64,000 nt of DNA. It comes from a virus. The translations under genes were made by a program, and so were the position numbers. The stretch spans positions 3,826 through 67,825 of IMG/VR virus record IMGVR_UViG_3300031687_000007. One strand, given 5' to 3'. Each line of letters starts with the position of its first letter. Position 1 is the first letter of the stretch. The notes beneath the pieces are model-generated. The model did not search any database and was not told the DNA's origin. It was given only the letters and a program-made list of their open reading frames with translations. Below are positions 47,650 through 56,817 of the stretch, piece by piece.

Positions 47650-49257
47650 ATGTCTATGTCAGAATTAATTAAACCAAAATCGGTGGAAGATTATTTAAAT
47701 GAAATATCTTACATCGTGGATCCAAACTATGTTCCAAGTGACTTCGCTCTAGAATTTATAAACTTTATTAAATTAGTAGAGGGTGGTGATCCAGAGAATA
47801 AATCACCAGTAGTTCACTTCCATATGGTAGATAATTTTGTCTCAGATGACGACGATTTAGATGTTATTAACATGTGTCACCGTGGTATTGCCAAATCAAC
47901 TCTCAAAGAGTATCTGATATTATATTTAGGTGTGTTTAATGAGTTACCTTCCTTCGGTGCAGTACCGTATGCCCTATACGTGTCTGACAGTGTAGAGAAC
48001 GGTGTTAAGAAGATGCGTAAGAGTTTGGAATACAGGTGGCAGAACTCTGATTTCCTACAAACATACATACCTGAGATTAGATTCACTGATGTTCGATGGG
48101 AATTTAAGAATAAGCAGGGTAATTCCTTCGTAGTAAGTGGATACGGTGCTAAAACAGGTGTACGTGGTACTCGTGAGAATGGTAGCCGTCCTGTTTTGGC
48201 CCTATTAGATGATTTGATTAGCGACTCTGATGCTCGATCTACTACAGTTATCGCTGACGTAGAGGATACGGTATATAAGGCCATTGATTACGCATTACAT
48301 CCAACTAAGCGTAAGATCATATGGTCAGGTACTCCGTTTAACTCAAGAGATCCATTATACAAAGCTGTTGAGTCTGGTGCCTGGAAAGTCAACGTATACC
48401 CGGTGTGTGAGACATTCCCATGTACTAAAGAAGAGTTCCGTGGATCATGGGAAGACAGATTTAACTTCGATTACGTTACCAAGCAGTACAATAAGGCAGT
48501 TAAAACAGGTATGATATCCGCCTTCAACCAGGAGCTAATGTTACGCATCATGTCAGATGAAGATAGATTGGTTCAAGATGGAGATATCGTTTGGTATGAA
48601 CGTAATGTGCTTCTTAAAAATAAAGGAGCTTATAACTTTTATATCACCACTGACTTCGCTACAAGTGAGAAGACAAGTGCTGACTACAGTGTTATATCTG
48701 TCTGGGCACACAACAGCAACGGTGATTGGTTGTGGGTAGATGGTATATGCAAGCGTCAGCTTATGGATCAAAACATTGATGACCTGTTCCGATTGGCTCA
48801 GATGTATAAATCGAACTTACAGCAGGTAGGTATTGAAGTATCCGGACAACAGGGCGGATTCATCCAATGGATCCAACGTGAGATGGGTATTCGTAACAAC
48901 TACTTCACTCTTGCATCTGAGAGTAATAACAACAAGGCAGGTATACGACCTACGACCAACAAGATGCAACGATTCAATATTGTGTTACCTTGGTTCAAGT
49001 CTAAGAAGATATGGTTTCCTGAAGAGATGAAGCATGATCCGATCATATTGGAAGCTATCGAGGAGCTCTCATTAGCCGCAGCAGCAGGCTTTAAGAGTAA
49101 GCACGATGACTTCATTGATACTATTTCAATGCTTGGCTCGCTCAATCCTTGGAGGCCTAGTGAGGACGTGTCAACTACCATTAATGACAGGAACTCTGTA
49201 TTATGGGACGATGACGATGAAGACGATTCCTCACACTACGATTCATACATTGTATAG
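47650..49257 (+). CDS. terL: Terminase large subunit (N4 gp68-like)
   Basis: CHRGIAKST Walker A, LLDDL Walker B, SGTPF, TTDFA nuclease motif and KHDDFID. Confidence 0.95.
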   Translation: MSMSELIKPKSVEDYLNEISYIVDPNYVPSDFALEFINFIKLVEGGDPENKSPVVHFHMVDNFVSDDDDLDVINMCHRGIAKSTLKEYLILYLGVFNELPSFGAVPYALYVSDSVENGVKKMRKSLEYRWQNSDFLQTYIPEIRFTDVRWEFKNKQGNSFVVSGYGAKTGVRGTRENGSRPVLALLDDLISDSDARSTTVIADVEDTVYKAIDYALHPTKRKIIWSGTPFNSRDPLYKAVESGAWKVNVYPVCETFPCTKEEFRGSWEDRFNFDYVTKQYNKAVKTGMISAFNQELMLRIMSDEDRLVQDGDIVWYERNVLLKNKGAYNFYITTDFATSEKTSADYSVISVWAHNSNGDWLWVDGICKRQLMDQNIDDLFRLAQMYKSNLQQVGIEVSGQQGGFIQWIQREMGIRNNYFTLASESNNNKAGIRPTTNKMQRFNIVLPWFKSKKIWFPEEMKHDPIILEAIEELSLAAAAGFKSKHDDFIDTISMLGSLNPWRPSEDVSTTINDRNSVLWDDDDEDDSSHYDSYIV

Positions 49258-49266
49258 AGATACAGA

Positions 49267-52200
49267 ATGACTACAGCAGCAGAGTATGCAGAATTAGCAG
49301 CAATTGAAGCGAACAGTGCACAAACTGCAGCTGTGGATGTACAGAATCAGGTAGCTGTAGCTGAGTCATCAGCTAATGCTGCTGCATATGATGCGTATCG
49401 TGTCGCCATGGACGTTAATGATGCTGAAGACGCTAAGAACAGCTCTCAGGTTCACTCTATAACTTCAAAGAACCATAAGGAGCAGGCTGACTTGTGGGCA
49501 AATGCTGATCCCAATGTTTTACTGGCTCCTGGTAAGTATTCCGCAAGGCACTATGCTGCCCTAACTGGTAGTGGTTTAGGTGCTTTATCAACCGACCTGG
49601 GAACACTTCAGGATAATACTGCAGCGCAGCAAGTTATTGTTGATAATGCTTTAGCAATTATCGCAGGCAGGTTAAATACCGGTGATGTAAACTTTGATTT
49701 AAGTAATATTAATGCAGACATCTTATTACTACAGCAAGGATACAACACAGTACTGTCTACTACACTACTACTGGCCCAGTACAATACTGATACTCTTGGG
49801 TTAGCTGATTTTGCTAAATCCAGTCAAATATCTATAGATAATAAGATATCTGCTTATTTGGATGAAGCAGGACAAACCACGCTGCAGTCTATGCTATCAG
49901 GTGCGACTAACGCCACTAAGCTAAGTTATGCAGGCATAGTAGTTGATCCAGACACAGGTACTATAACTAACGCTGCAGGATCTGCTATATCTACCGAGTA
50001 TGGTGCACGTCTTGCTGCTGTCGAGTCTATTATGGACGGCCAAGGCAAGTACACTGTAACAGTTCAACAGCAGCTTAACGACAGTATCGCTACCGTACAG
50101 CAGGCTATGGAATCTAGTGTTGATGTTGTAGCAAAAAGCGTCACTGACTTAACCGGTCACCTTACTGATGGTACATTTGCCATAAACCTAAGCCTCGCAA
50201 CTGTCGATGGCTCAGACTCAATTCAGACATATGTCACTGCACAGACCGACTCACTAGTTGTGGTCTACTCAGGTGAAGATCACACCACTCAGACTGGTAT
50301 GTCTAATGGAGACATATACATAGAGAAGACCACTGCCTCCACTGCAGCAGGCGGCTCTGTAGATGTAATCAACACTTATAAGTACGACACCGATTGGACA
50401 GTCATAGGAAACAATGCTAACACAGTTGCACTTGCTGACTTAGTAGATGGTAAGCGAGCCATATATAACAATGCTGCTGATGATGAACCATCAGGTGATC
50501 TTAACGACTTATGGATTCCTACTGATCCTATAACATTACCTTACGAAGGTTCTATTATACCCAAAGAGGTGTACTCATCAAATGGCACAGATTGGGAGGT
50601 AGCTACTAAGTTTACTTCTGATATTGGAGCAGTTGACGAAAGGGTTACATCAGTAAGCACTAAGTACTCTGTTAAAGTAGACGCAGCAGGACACGTAGCA
50701 GGCTTTGGACTAATATCCACATCTAACGACGACAACGTTGTTGCAAATGGCTTCAGTGAATTTACAATTGCTGCTGACTCTTTTAAGGTCGGGGGTGTTG
50801 ACCCAGATGGTGTAGCACATACTAGTGTTCCTTTTAGAGTGATCACAGGGTCAGGCATTTGTGTTCTGTCTACAGGTATTGAAGAAGGCAATAAGACTAA
50901 AGAGGAGTGTACAACATTAGACCCAGCCGGTGTCTGGCTGGCTCCAGGTACTTGGATGAAAGACGCCTATATGGAGGCGGCAAGTATCTCTGGTCTGTTA
51001 ACTCTTGAAGGTACTATTAATAATTCATTAATTGTTCTCTCCCCTAGTGATGTAGGTGCGGTTTCTACTATTGAGTACAACGCCAACAATCAAACATCAG
51101 GGTCTGTATCTCTCAATGTAGCAGGAACCGGACTTACAAAATTAGGTAATAATCTAATTAAAGCTGCTGGCGGGACACAATGGACTATGGGGGCTTACTC
51201 CTCTCAGTCATATACGGGTGGTGCAGTAACTGGGTGCATTATTGCCTCTGGTGGTACAGGAGCAATACGCTTCATGTTTGGACTAAACTCTGATCCTGCT
51301 ACAAACTCCAGCTACAGTTCAATAGACTATGCGATATACGCAAATAATGGTTCATACTCTTGTTATGAGAGTGGTATTAGCAAAGGGGTACTGTTAAGTG
51401 CTGCTCCTGCGGTGGGCGATATGCTAGCCGTGGAGTATGACGGTCTGTCTGTGCGCTACTACATAAATGGTACAGAGTATAAGACCACTCCTGCTACCAC
51501 CGGACTAAAATTACACATGGACTCGTCTTTCACGTCTACGGTGGTTAACTTAAAGAATATCGCATTCCAGTCTATGTCTGATCTCAATGTTCCTCTTGTA
51601 GATGCATATAACAGAGCTGAGGAGATTAAAGATAGTATATATTTTGTAGACGGTGTTACAGGACTTCGTACTGTCACAATTGATGGTGGTAACATATCTG
51701 CAGGTACTGTAGATGCTGATCAAATACATGCAAATGCGATCACTTCGGCTAAGATTGATGCAGGAGCAATAACCACAGCTAAGATTGATGCAGGAGCCAT
51801 AACAGCTGTTAAAATCGCAGCCGGAGCTATAACAGCCACTAGTCTTACAATAACGGGCCCAACCTCTGTAGCTTCAGTACTGACACCGTCGCTTTTAGGG
51901 GCTCCAACTATAGCTCAGAATAATACAGCTGCAACAACAGCTAATTGGTCAACAGTTACAGACAATGATGGCAATATGCCAGCTTCTAACGCAACAGCTA
52001 ACCAGACAGATGCGGCAGCGTTAACTGCAGTACGTAATGACGGACTGGTTCGTAGCAATCTACTTAAGGTAGAGGAGTGGACAGAAGGTAGATCTTCTTG
52101 GTCTGATGAGTTTTCTGTATATGGTGGTGCTAGTACTAACGTAATATCATCTGTAACAGGGCCTGAAGGTATTCCAGTGTTGGCATGGAAAGCCACAACC

Positions 52201-53991
52201 ACAACTAACCAAGCACCCTCAGGTGACTGGTCAGGTGGTTTTATACATAACCTTGCTGAGTCAGCTAACAGATTCAATCACTCAAATGCACACAGGTTCG
52301 TTTGTTGGGTCAAGCTGTCATCAATCTCATATAATTTCTATATGGGATATGGAAGTAATGATGTATCAGCACTAAATAGTACTACAGTTAATACCAACCC
52401 TTATTCGTTCTCTAATAACAAGCCACCTACAGCAAACAAGTGGTACCTCATGGTAGCTGTCACCCATGGATCAGGGTCAACTGCCACTAGTGCGTCCGGT
52501 GTATCTGGTTGGTACGATCCTGTTACAGGCACTAAGGTGAAATCAGCGTCTTCAGAGTATAAGTTTCTAGCTACCTCTACAAACAATACTATACGAATGG
52601 CTATGTACCGAAACCCTGTAGGTATTACGGCTGAGTATTACGCACCTAGATGGGATGTATTAGATGGAAGTCAGCCTTCTGTAGTATCTATTCTAAACAG
52701 TGCCACTGTTGGAGCAACTTGGGGTACAAACCTAGGAGGACAACCCACAGATACTGAACTACTTAACACTAATACAACTGCATCAGATATAGGATACACA
52801 GGTGATTTAGACGCCAATAATATAACTAACACTAATGACCTCACTGACGGCGCTAATCTAGGAGGAACAGCTGTTTGGGCTAATGTAACAGGTACGTCCG
52901 GTATAGAGACAAAATTAGGCTCTGCCCAGAAAGTATCTGATTTCTCAGACACTGTATTTGCATCTAACAATACAGCCCCATTTCGTGTAGTTACAGGAGG
53001 AGGAGTTTGTGTTGTTGGAGGGGTGGATAACACTTCACTATCACAGAGTCAGTGTAACAACACATCAGGTGGTGTTTGGTTAGGTAATGGAACTTGGATA
53101 AATTCAGCTTTCATTGCTGATGCTACAATTGATGCAGCTAAGATTCGTAATCTTCAGGTAGATGAATTAGCTGTAAACAGTCTGATTGCTTCCGCCATAG
53201 ATGTTGCAGAACTTACAGCCGATAATATAAAAGTCGGTACTCTGACTGGTGTGGCTATAGCCGCTACAACTATAACAGGCGGTACCATCACAGGTGGTAG
53301 CATAATAGGTGGTGTAATACAGGGAGCTATAATAGCCACATCAGCCTACGCCGCATCAACCGACTATGGATCAAACTACTATGCCTACTCTGTTGGAGTG
53401 TCAGGTACTGCCAGTTCCACTACCTCTGGTGGCTCTGTAGCAGGTGTAAACCAGCTAATTAAGCCTTACAATTACTACGTTAATTCTCTAGACAGTATAG
53501 TAAGTAGTAATTCTAACCAGTGGAGGTATCGTAGGTTAAACGTGACACCTACTATAACTGGTACTGTAAAAGTAACCTCCCAGTCAAACAGCTACTATGA
53601 TGGTAACCGAAATGTCATATGTGGTTATGTCCGTCTTAGCGTGTATTCTGCCAGCAGTGGTGGAACACTTATTGCACAGAAAGCTTTTCAAATTAAGGTA
53701 GTAGCTAAAAATCCTTCAGGTACACGTACCCAAACATACTCTGCTGGAGGCTGTTCATTCTCATTATCATATGGCCTCACATACTGGTCAACATCAGACG
53801 GATGGTCATCATGGTTCCACAACAGAATAAACACAAACGACATCACCTACTCTATTACCTGTGACTTACCATTTAACGATAATAATAGTACAGGAATATA
53901 TACCACTGTAGATTACTACAGTGTAGGTAATGGGCTGGCCTTAGGTAATAAGCACATCACTACTACGGATACCGCTGACAATGATTATTAG
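49267..53991 (+). CDS. Large tail fibre / host-specificity protein
   Basis: Helical N-terminus with KYSARHYA; DUF1983-like segment (KYSVKVDAAGHVAGFGL...ADSFKV) whose C-terminal part recurs later; AITxAKIxAG repeats; lectin-like domains. Confidence 0.75.
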   Translation: MTTAAEYAELAAIEANSAQTAAVDVQNQVAVAESSANAAAYDAYRVAMDVNDAEDAKNSSQVHSITSKNHKEQADLWANADPNVLLAPGKYSARHYAALTGSGLGALSTDLGTLQDNTAAQQVIVDNALAIIAGRLNTGDVNFDLSNINADILLLQQGYNTVLSTTLLLAQYNTDTLGLADFAKSSQISIDNKISAYLDEAGQTTLQSMLSGATNATKLSYAGIVVDPDTGTITNAAGSAISTEYGARLAAVESIMDGQGKYTVTVQQQLNDSIATVQQAMESSVDVVAKSVTDLTGHLTDGTFAINLSLATVDGSDSIQTYVTAQTDSLVVVYSGEDHTTQTGMSNGDIYIEKTTASTAAGGSVDVINTYKYDTDWTVIGNNANTVALADLVDGKRAIYNNAADDEPSGDLNDLWIPTDPITLPYEGSIIPKEVYSSNGTDWEVATKFTSDIGAVDERVTSVSTKYSVKVDAAGHVAGFGLISTSNDDNVVANGFSEFTIAADSFKVGGVDPDGVAHTSVPFRVITGSGICVLSTGIEEGNKTKEECTTLDPAGVWLAPGTWMKDAYMEAASISGLLTLEGTINNSLIVLSPSDVGAVSTIEYNANNQTSGSVSLNVAGTGLTKLGNNLIKAAGGTQWTMGAYSSQSYTGGAVTGCIIASGGTGAIRFMFGLNSDPATNSSYSSIDYAIYANNGSYSCYESGISKGVLLSAAPAVGDMLAVEYDGLSVRYYINGTEYKTTPATTGLKLHMDSSFTSTVVNLKNIAFQSMSDLNVPLVDAYNRAEEIKDSIYFVDGVTGLRTVTIDGGNISAGTVDADQIHANAITSAKIDAGAITTAKIDAGAITAVKIAAGAITATSLTITGPTSVASVLTPSLLGAPTIAQNNTAATTANWSTVTDNDGNMPASNATANQTDAAALTAVRNDGLVRSNLLKVEEWTEGRSSWSDEFSVYGGASTNVISSVTGPEGIPVLAWKATTTTNQAPSGDWSGGFIHNLAESANRFNHSNAHRFVCWVKLSSISYNFYMGYGSNDVSALNSTTVNTNPYSFSNNKPPTANKWYLMVAVTHGSGSTATSASGVSGWYDPVTGTKVKSASSEYKFLATSTNNTIRMAMYRNPVGITAEYYAPRWDVLDGSQPSVVSILNSATVGATWGTNLGGQPTDTELLNTNTTASDIGYTGDLDANNITNTNDLTDGANLGGTAVWANVTGTSGIETKLGSAQKVSDFSDTVFASNNTAPFRVVTGGGVCVVGGVDNTSLSQSQCNNTSGGVWLGNGTWINSAFIADATIDAAKIRNLQVDELAVNSLIASAIDVAELTADNIKVGTLTGVAIAATTITGGTITGGSIIGGVIQGAIIATSAYAASTDYGSNYYAYSVGVSGTASSTTSGGSVAGVNQLIKPYNYYVNSLDSIVSSNSNQWRYRRLNVTPTITGTVKVTSQSNSYYDGNRNVICGYVRLSVYSASSGGTLIAQKAFQIKVVAKNPSGTRTQTYSAGGCSFSLSYGLTYWSTSDGWSSWFHNRINTNDITYSITCDLPFNDNNSTGIYTTVDYYSVGNGLALGNKHITTTDTADNDY

Positions 53992-54517
53992 ACAATATAA
54001 GAATGCGACACTGACAAAAACACTAGTGTTTGAGTCAGATATACCATTGGAGTGGGTTAGTGACATAAACAACTCATTTTCAGATGTACTGTCAGGTAAG
54101 TACTGCTCACAAGCTGCTAAGATAAAAACAGGTGTGTATGAAATACACCTTATTGGGTCATGTGCCTACTCATCCCCAATATCAAATACAAAATTCATTC
54201 CTATATACAAGGTCGGGTATGACACACATACCTTAGATACATGGACAGAGGTCTATTACTCAGGATACGCTTTTGAAGTACCTGATATTATTAAGTCTGA
54301 TACTTTAAAAGTAATGACATCTCTCAAGTATGACAATGAGGGTACTCTTACTGAGAGTTCCTTTTACGTTACACGATTGGACGGGTATGACGAAGAGTTT
54401 GAGAGAATAGCCACACAAATGGGTATTACTCAGGATGTGAGTTCGGCTCATTATATAAAGGTTAACTTAGATGGTAGTATCATATCAGATCCTACCTACT
54501 ACATTAGGGAGGCGTAA
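53981..54517 (+). CDS. Hypothetical protein (tail module)
   Basis: 178 aa, overlaps the fibre stop. Confidence 0.6.
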   Translation: MIIRQYKNATLTKTLVFESDIPLEWVSDINNSFSDVLSGKYCSQAAKIKTGVYEIHLIGSCAYSSPISNTKFIPIYKVGYDTHTLDTWTEVYYSGYAFEVPDIIKSDTLKVMTSLKYDNEGTLTESSFYVTRLDGYDEEFERIATQMGITQDVSSAHYIKVNLDGSIISDPTYYIREA

Positions 54518-55134
54518 TGATTCCAATACACCCGTCAAGGAACTATGAAGCACATGATCTTCCTGATGCATCAATCATAGTAGTGCGCGGATATAGAGAA
54601 GGCTGTGGTAAGACTTCGCTAGCATGTGGAATAGCTCAACAGCTATCAAAAGATAATAGTGTACAAGTAGTGACCTCTGACTCAATTGGAGTTAATGGTG
54701 TAGACTTCCAAAAATATATGGTTGATCAGCTTGGTCTAAACACAGCTCCGTTCATTATTGTCAATGAAGCACAAGAGAATTACGATGTAACTATATACGA
54801 CACCTCGTGTGACATTGATGCAGATATGACAATGTATATAGCTCCGCCTCTCTGTGAAGATGTTTCATTAGGTGTTATTGACACAGTTGGTAGAAACTTC
54901 CGTGATAGTGTGTCTCGTGCTCTGGCTGATATGTATGGTGATGTGGATATTACTTTTGTTGATGAAGGGGCCATAAGTACCAATGGTAATAGTAGATGGT
55001 TAAATGCTACTGATTGGTTAGTACTAAAAGAACTTGAATGTATGTTTCTACAGGACACTGATATTGGAAATGTAAGGAAGTATATTAGAGAGGCGTCTCT
55101 TGACTCTGGTTGGTCTGCAGGTGTTAAGCTGTAA
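54517..55134 (+). CDS. P-loop (ParA/MinD-like) protein with C-terminal tail-assembly-chaperone-like motif
   Basis: GYREGCGKTSLACGIA, VTIYDT, and RWLNATDWLVLKELE...RKYIRE. Confidence 0.6.
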   Translation: MIPIHPSRNYEAHDLPDASIIVVRGYREGCGKTSLACGIAQQLSKDNSVQVVTSDSIGVNGVDFQKYMVDQLGLNTAPFIIVNEAQENYDVTIYDTSCDIDADMTMYIAPPLCEDVSLGVIDTVGRNFRDSVSRALADMYGDVDITFVDEGAISTNGNSRWLNATDWLVLKELECMFLQDTDIGNVRKYIREASLDSGWSAGVKL

Positions 55135-55164
55135 ATAATTTAATGAATATAGGAAGTAAATATC

Positions 55165-55758
55165 ATGGCTTGGTATAGCGTAGGTACGGTGACTGTAACA
55201 AACAACTCACCTACAGTGGTAGGTGTTGGTACTAATTTCATATCAGTAGTCAAACCAGGACATATATTCTATGGATCTGATAAAGCTCTATATGAGATTC
55301 TAAATGTGGTATCCGATACGCAGTTAACCCTGAGCATTGTATATGACGGAAATACTACAACAGGATCCACATACGCAGTTATACCTACCCAAGGTATGGT
55401 TCCATCTTTAGTGACTCAAGTACAATCACTTATAGGTGATTACGCTAGTGTGCGAGATACTGTAGGTACAGGTAAGTTTCCTGCAGGCGCGTCTAATACT
55501 CCTGGTATCTCATTTATTGATGACCAAGATAGTGGGGCTTTCCTAGTAGCACCTGGGTCATGGGCATTGGTGTGTGGTGGTCTTACAGGTGTTTCTCTAA
55601 CACCATCAGTAACTACCTTAAACTATAGTGGTGTTCCTAAGGTGTCTACCAGTGCATCTGGAGCCACAGTATCAGGTACTGTTGTTGCTACAGAGGTACA
55701 AGTAGGTGTTAATACTATGTCTAGCCTAGCTGCTCGTATAGCTGTGTTAGAGCCGTAA
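55165..55758 (+). CDS. Short tail fibre/spike anchor protein
   Basis: MAWYSVGTVTVTNNSPTVVGVGTNF...YEI..VVSDTQLTL, typical of a tail-spike N-terminus. Confidence 0.7.
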   Translation: MAWYSVGTVTVTNNSPTVVGVGTNFISVVKPGHIFYGSDKALYEILNVVSDTQLTLSIVYDGNTTTGSTYAVIPTQGMVPSLVTQVQSLIGDYASVRDTVGTGKFPAGASNTPGISFIDDQDSGAFLVAPGSWALVCGGLTGVSLTPSVTTLNYSGVPKVSTSASGATVSGTVVATEVQVGVNTMSSLAARIAVLEP

Positions 55759-55762
55759 TGAA

Positions 55763-55790
55763 TTGCAATAAGCAGGTAGTTATGTATAAT
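55763..55790 (+). promoter_or_regulatory. Sigma70-type late promoter
   Basis: TTGCAA-N16-TATAAT, intergenic. Confidence 0.7.
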
Positions 55791-55822
55791 TTGAATCTAT
55801 TCAATATCTACAAGGTACACTA

Positions 55823-56440
55823 ATGAAGGTTTCTCGATTATTAGACTACCTACGCTTTGGTGAGTTATCTGATTTAGCTGTCAGTGATATATCTGAGCCG
55901 GTAAATCTAAGTAAACTATACTCATATATTAATCGAGGACTTAAGAAGGTCAACTCTGAGCTAAGTATCTTAGAAGAAGAGGCCTCCTTCACAGTCACGA
56001 CTGGTGTATACTCATACCCGATTCCTGATCCATTGATCCTACGTGTCAGTGCTGTTTACGACCAAGATGGTAAAGAGCTTCCTCTTAACATCGAAGGCGA
56101 TGACCGCAGTGTATTCACGTCTAGCTTCAACACGGTTGAGTTCATTGGACACAGAGACAATGCTAACAACCTGATTACCACACTGTCTGTTATTTACCTA
56201 AAAGACTTTGATGAGATTACTGACAGCGATGAAGAGATCGCTATTAGTGATGGACTAATTGAAGTACTAACTAACTATGTCGCTTATTTGGCTCATGGAT
56301 CAGTTAACATGGCAGAGGGTGGTTCAGCCTCTAAGTATCAAACTCAGTACGAGATTGAGCTGGGTAAGGCGCGTAAGTTTGGTTACAAAGCTCAGATGTT
56401 TAACAATGTAGATAAATTACGTGAAAGAGGCTTTGCATAA
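55823..56440 (+). CDS. Head-tail adaptor (N4 gp67-like)
   Basis: LRFGELSDL start, YINRGL, LTNYVAY and KLRERGF end. Confidence 0.75.
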   Translation: MKVSRLLDYLRFGELSDLAVSDISEPVNLSKLYSYINRGLKKVNSELSILEEEASFTVTTGVYSYPIPDPLILRVSAVYDQDGKELPLNIEGDDRSVFTSSFNTVEFIGHRDNANNLITTLSVIYLKDFDEITDSDEEIAISDGLIEVLTNYVAYLAHGSVNMAEGGSASKYQTQYEIELGKARKFGYKAQMFNNVDKLRERGFA

Positions 56441-56817
56441 TGGCTAAGATTTCCACAGGTGCTTCCACAGCTGCCGTAAAGCATAACTATAGTCATACTA
56501 TTAAACTTGTACGTAATGACACCTCTCCTGAGCTGAATCTGACACTCACCGATGGTACTGATAACACTGCAGTGGACTTGACCAATGTGGCTTCCATATT
56601 GCTTAAAGTTCGTCCACTAAATGGTACCGTAGTAAAGATAAACATACCTGTGTATCGTATTGCTCCATTTACCACTGGTAAGGTATTTATGCAGTGGCCT
56701 ACAGACGCATTGGATACTGCTGGTGTATTTACCGGTGAACTTGAGATGACTTACTCAGACGGTAAAGTGCAGACTGTATTTGATGAGCTTAAGTTTGAGG
56801 TACGCGGAGACTACTAA
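56440..56817 (+). CDS. BppU-like tail adaptor domain protein
   Basis: RNDTSPELNLTLTD...VDLT...W...DTAGVFTGELEMTYSDGKVQTV. Confidence 0.7.
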   Translation: MAKISTGASTAAVKHNYSHTIKLVRNDTSPELNLTLTDGTDNTAVDLTNVASILLKVRPLNGTVVKINIPVYRIAPFTTGKVFMQWPTDALDTAGVFTGELEMTYSDGKVQTVFDELKFEVRGDY

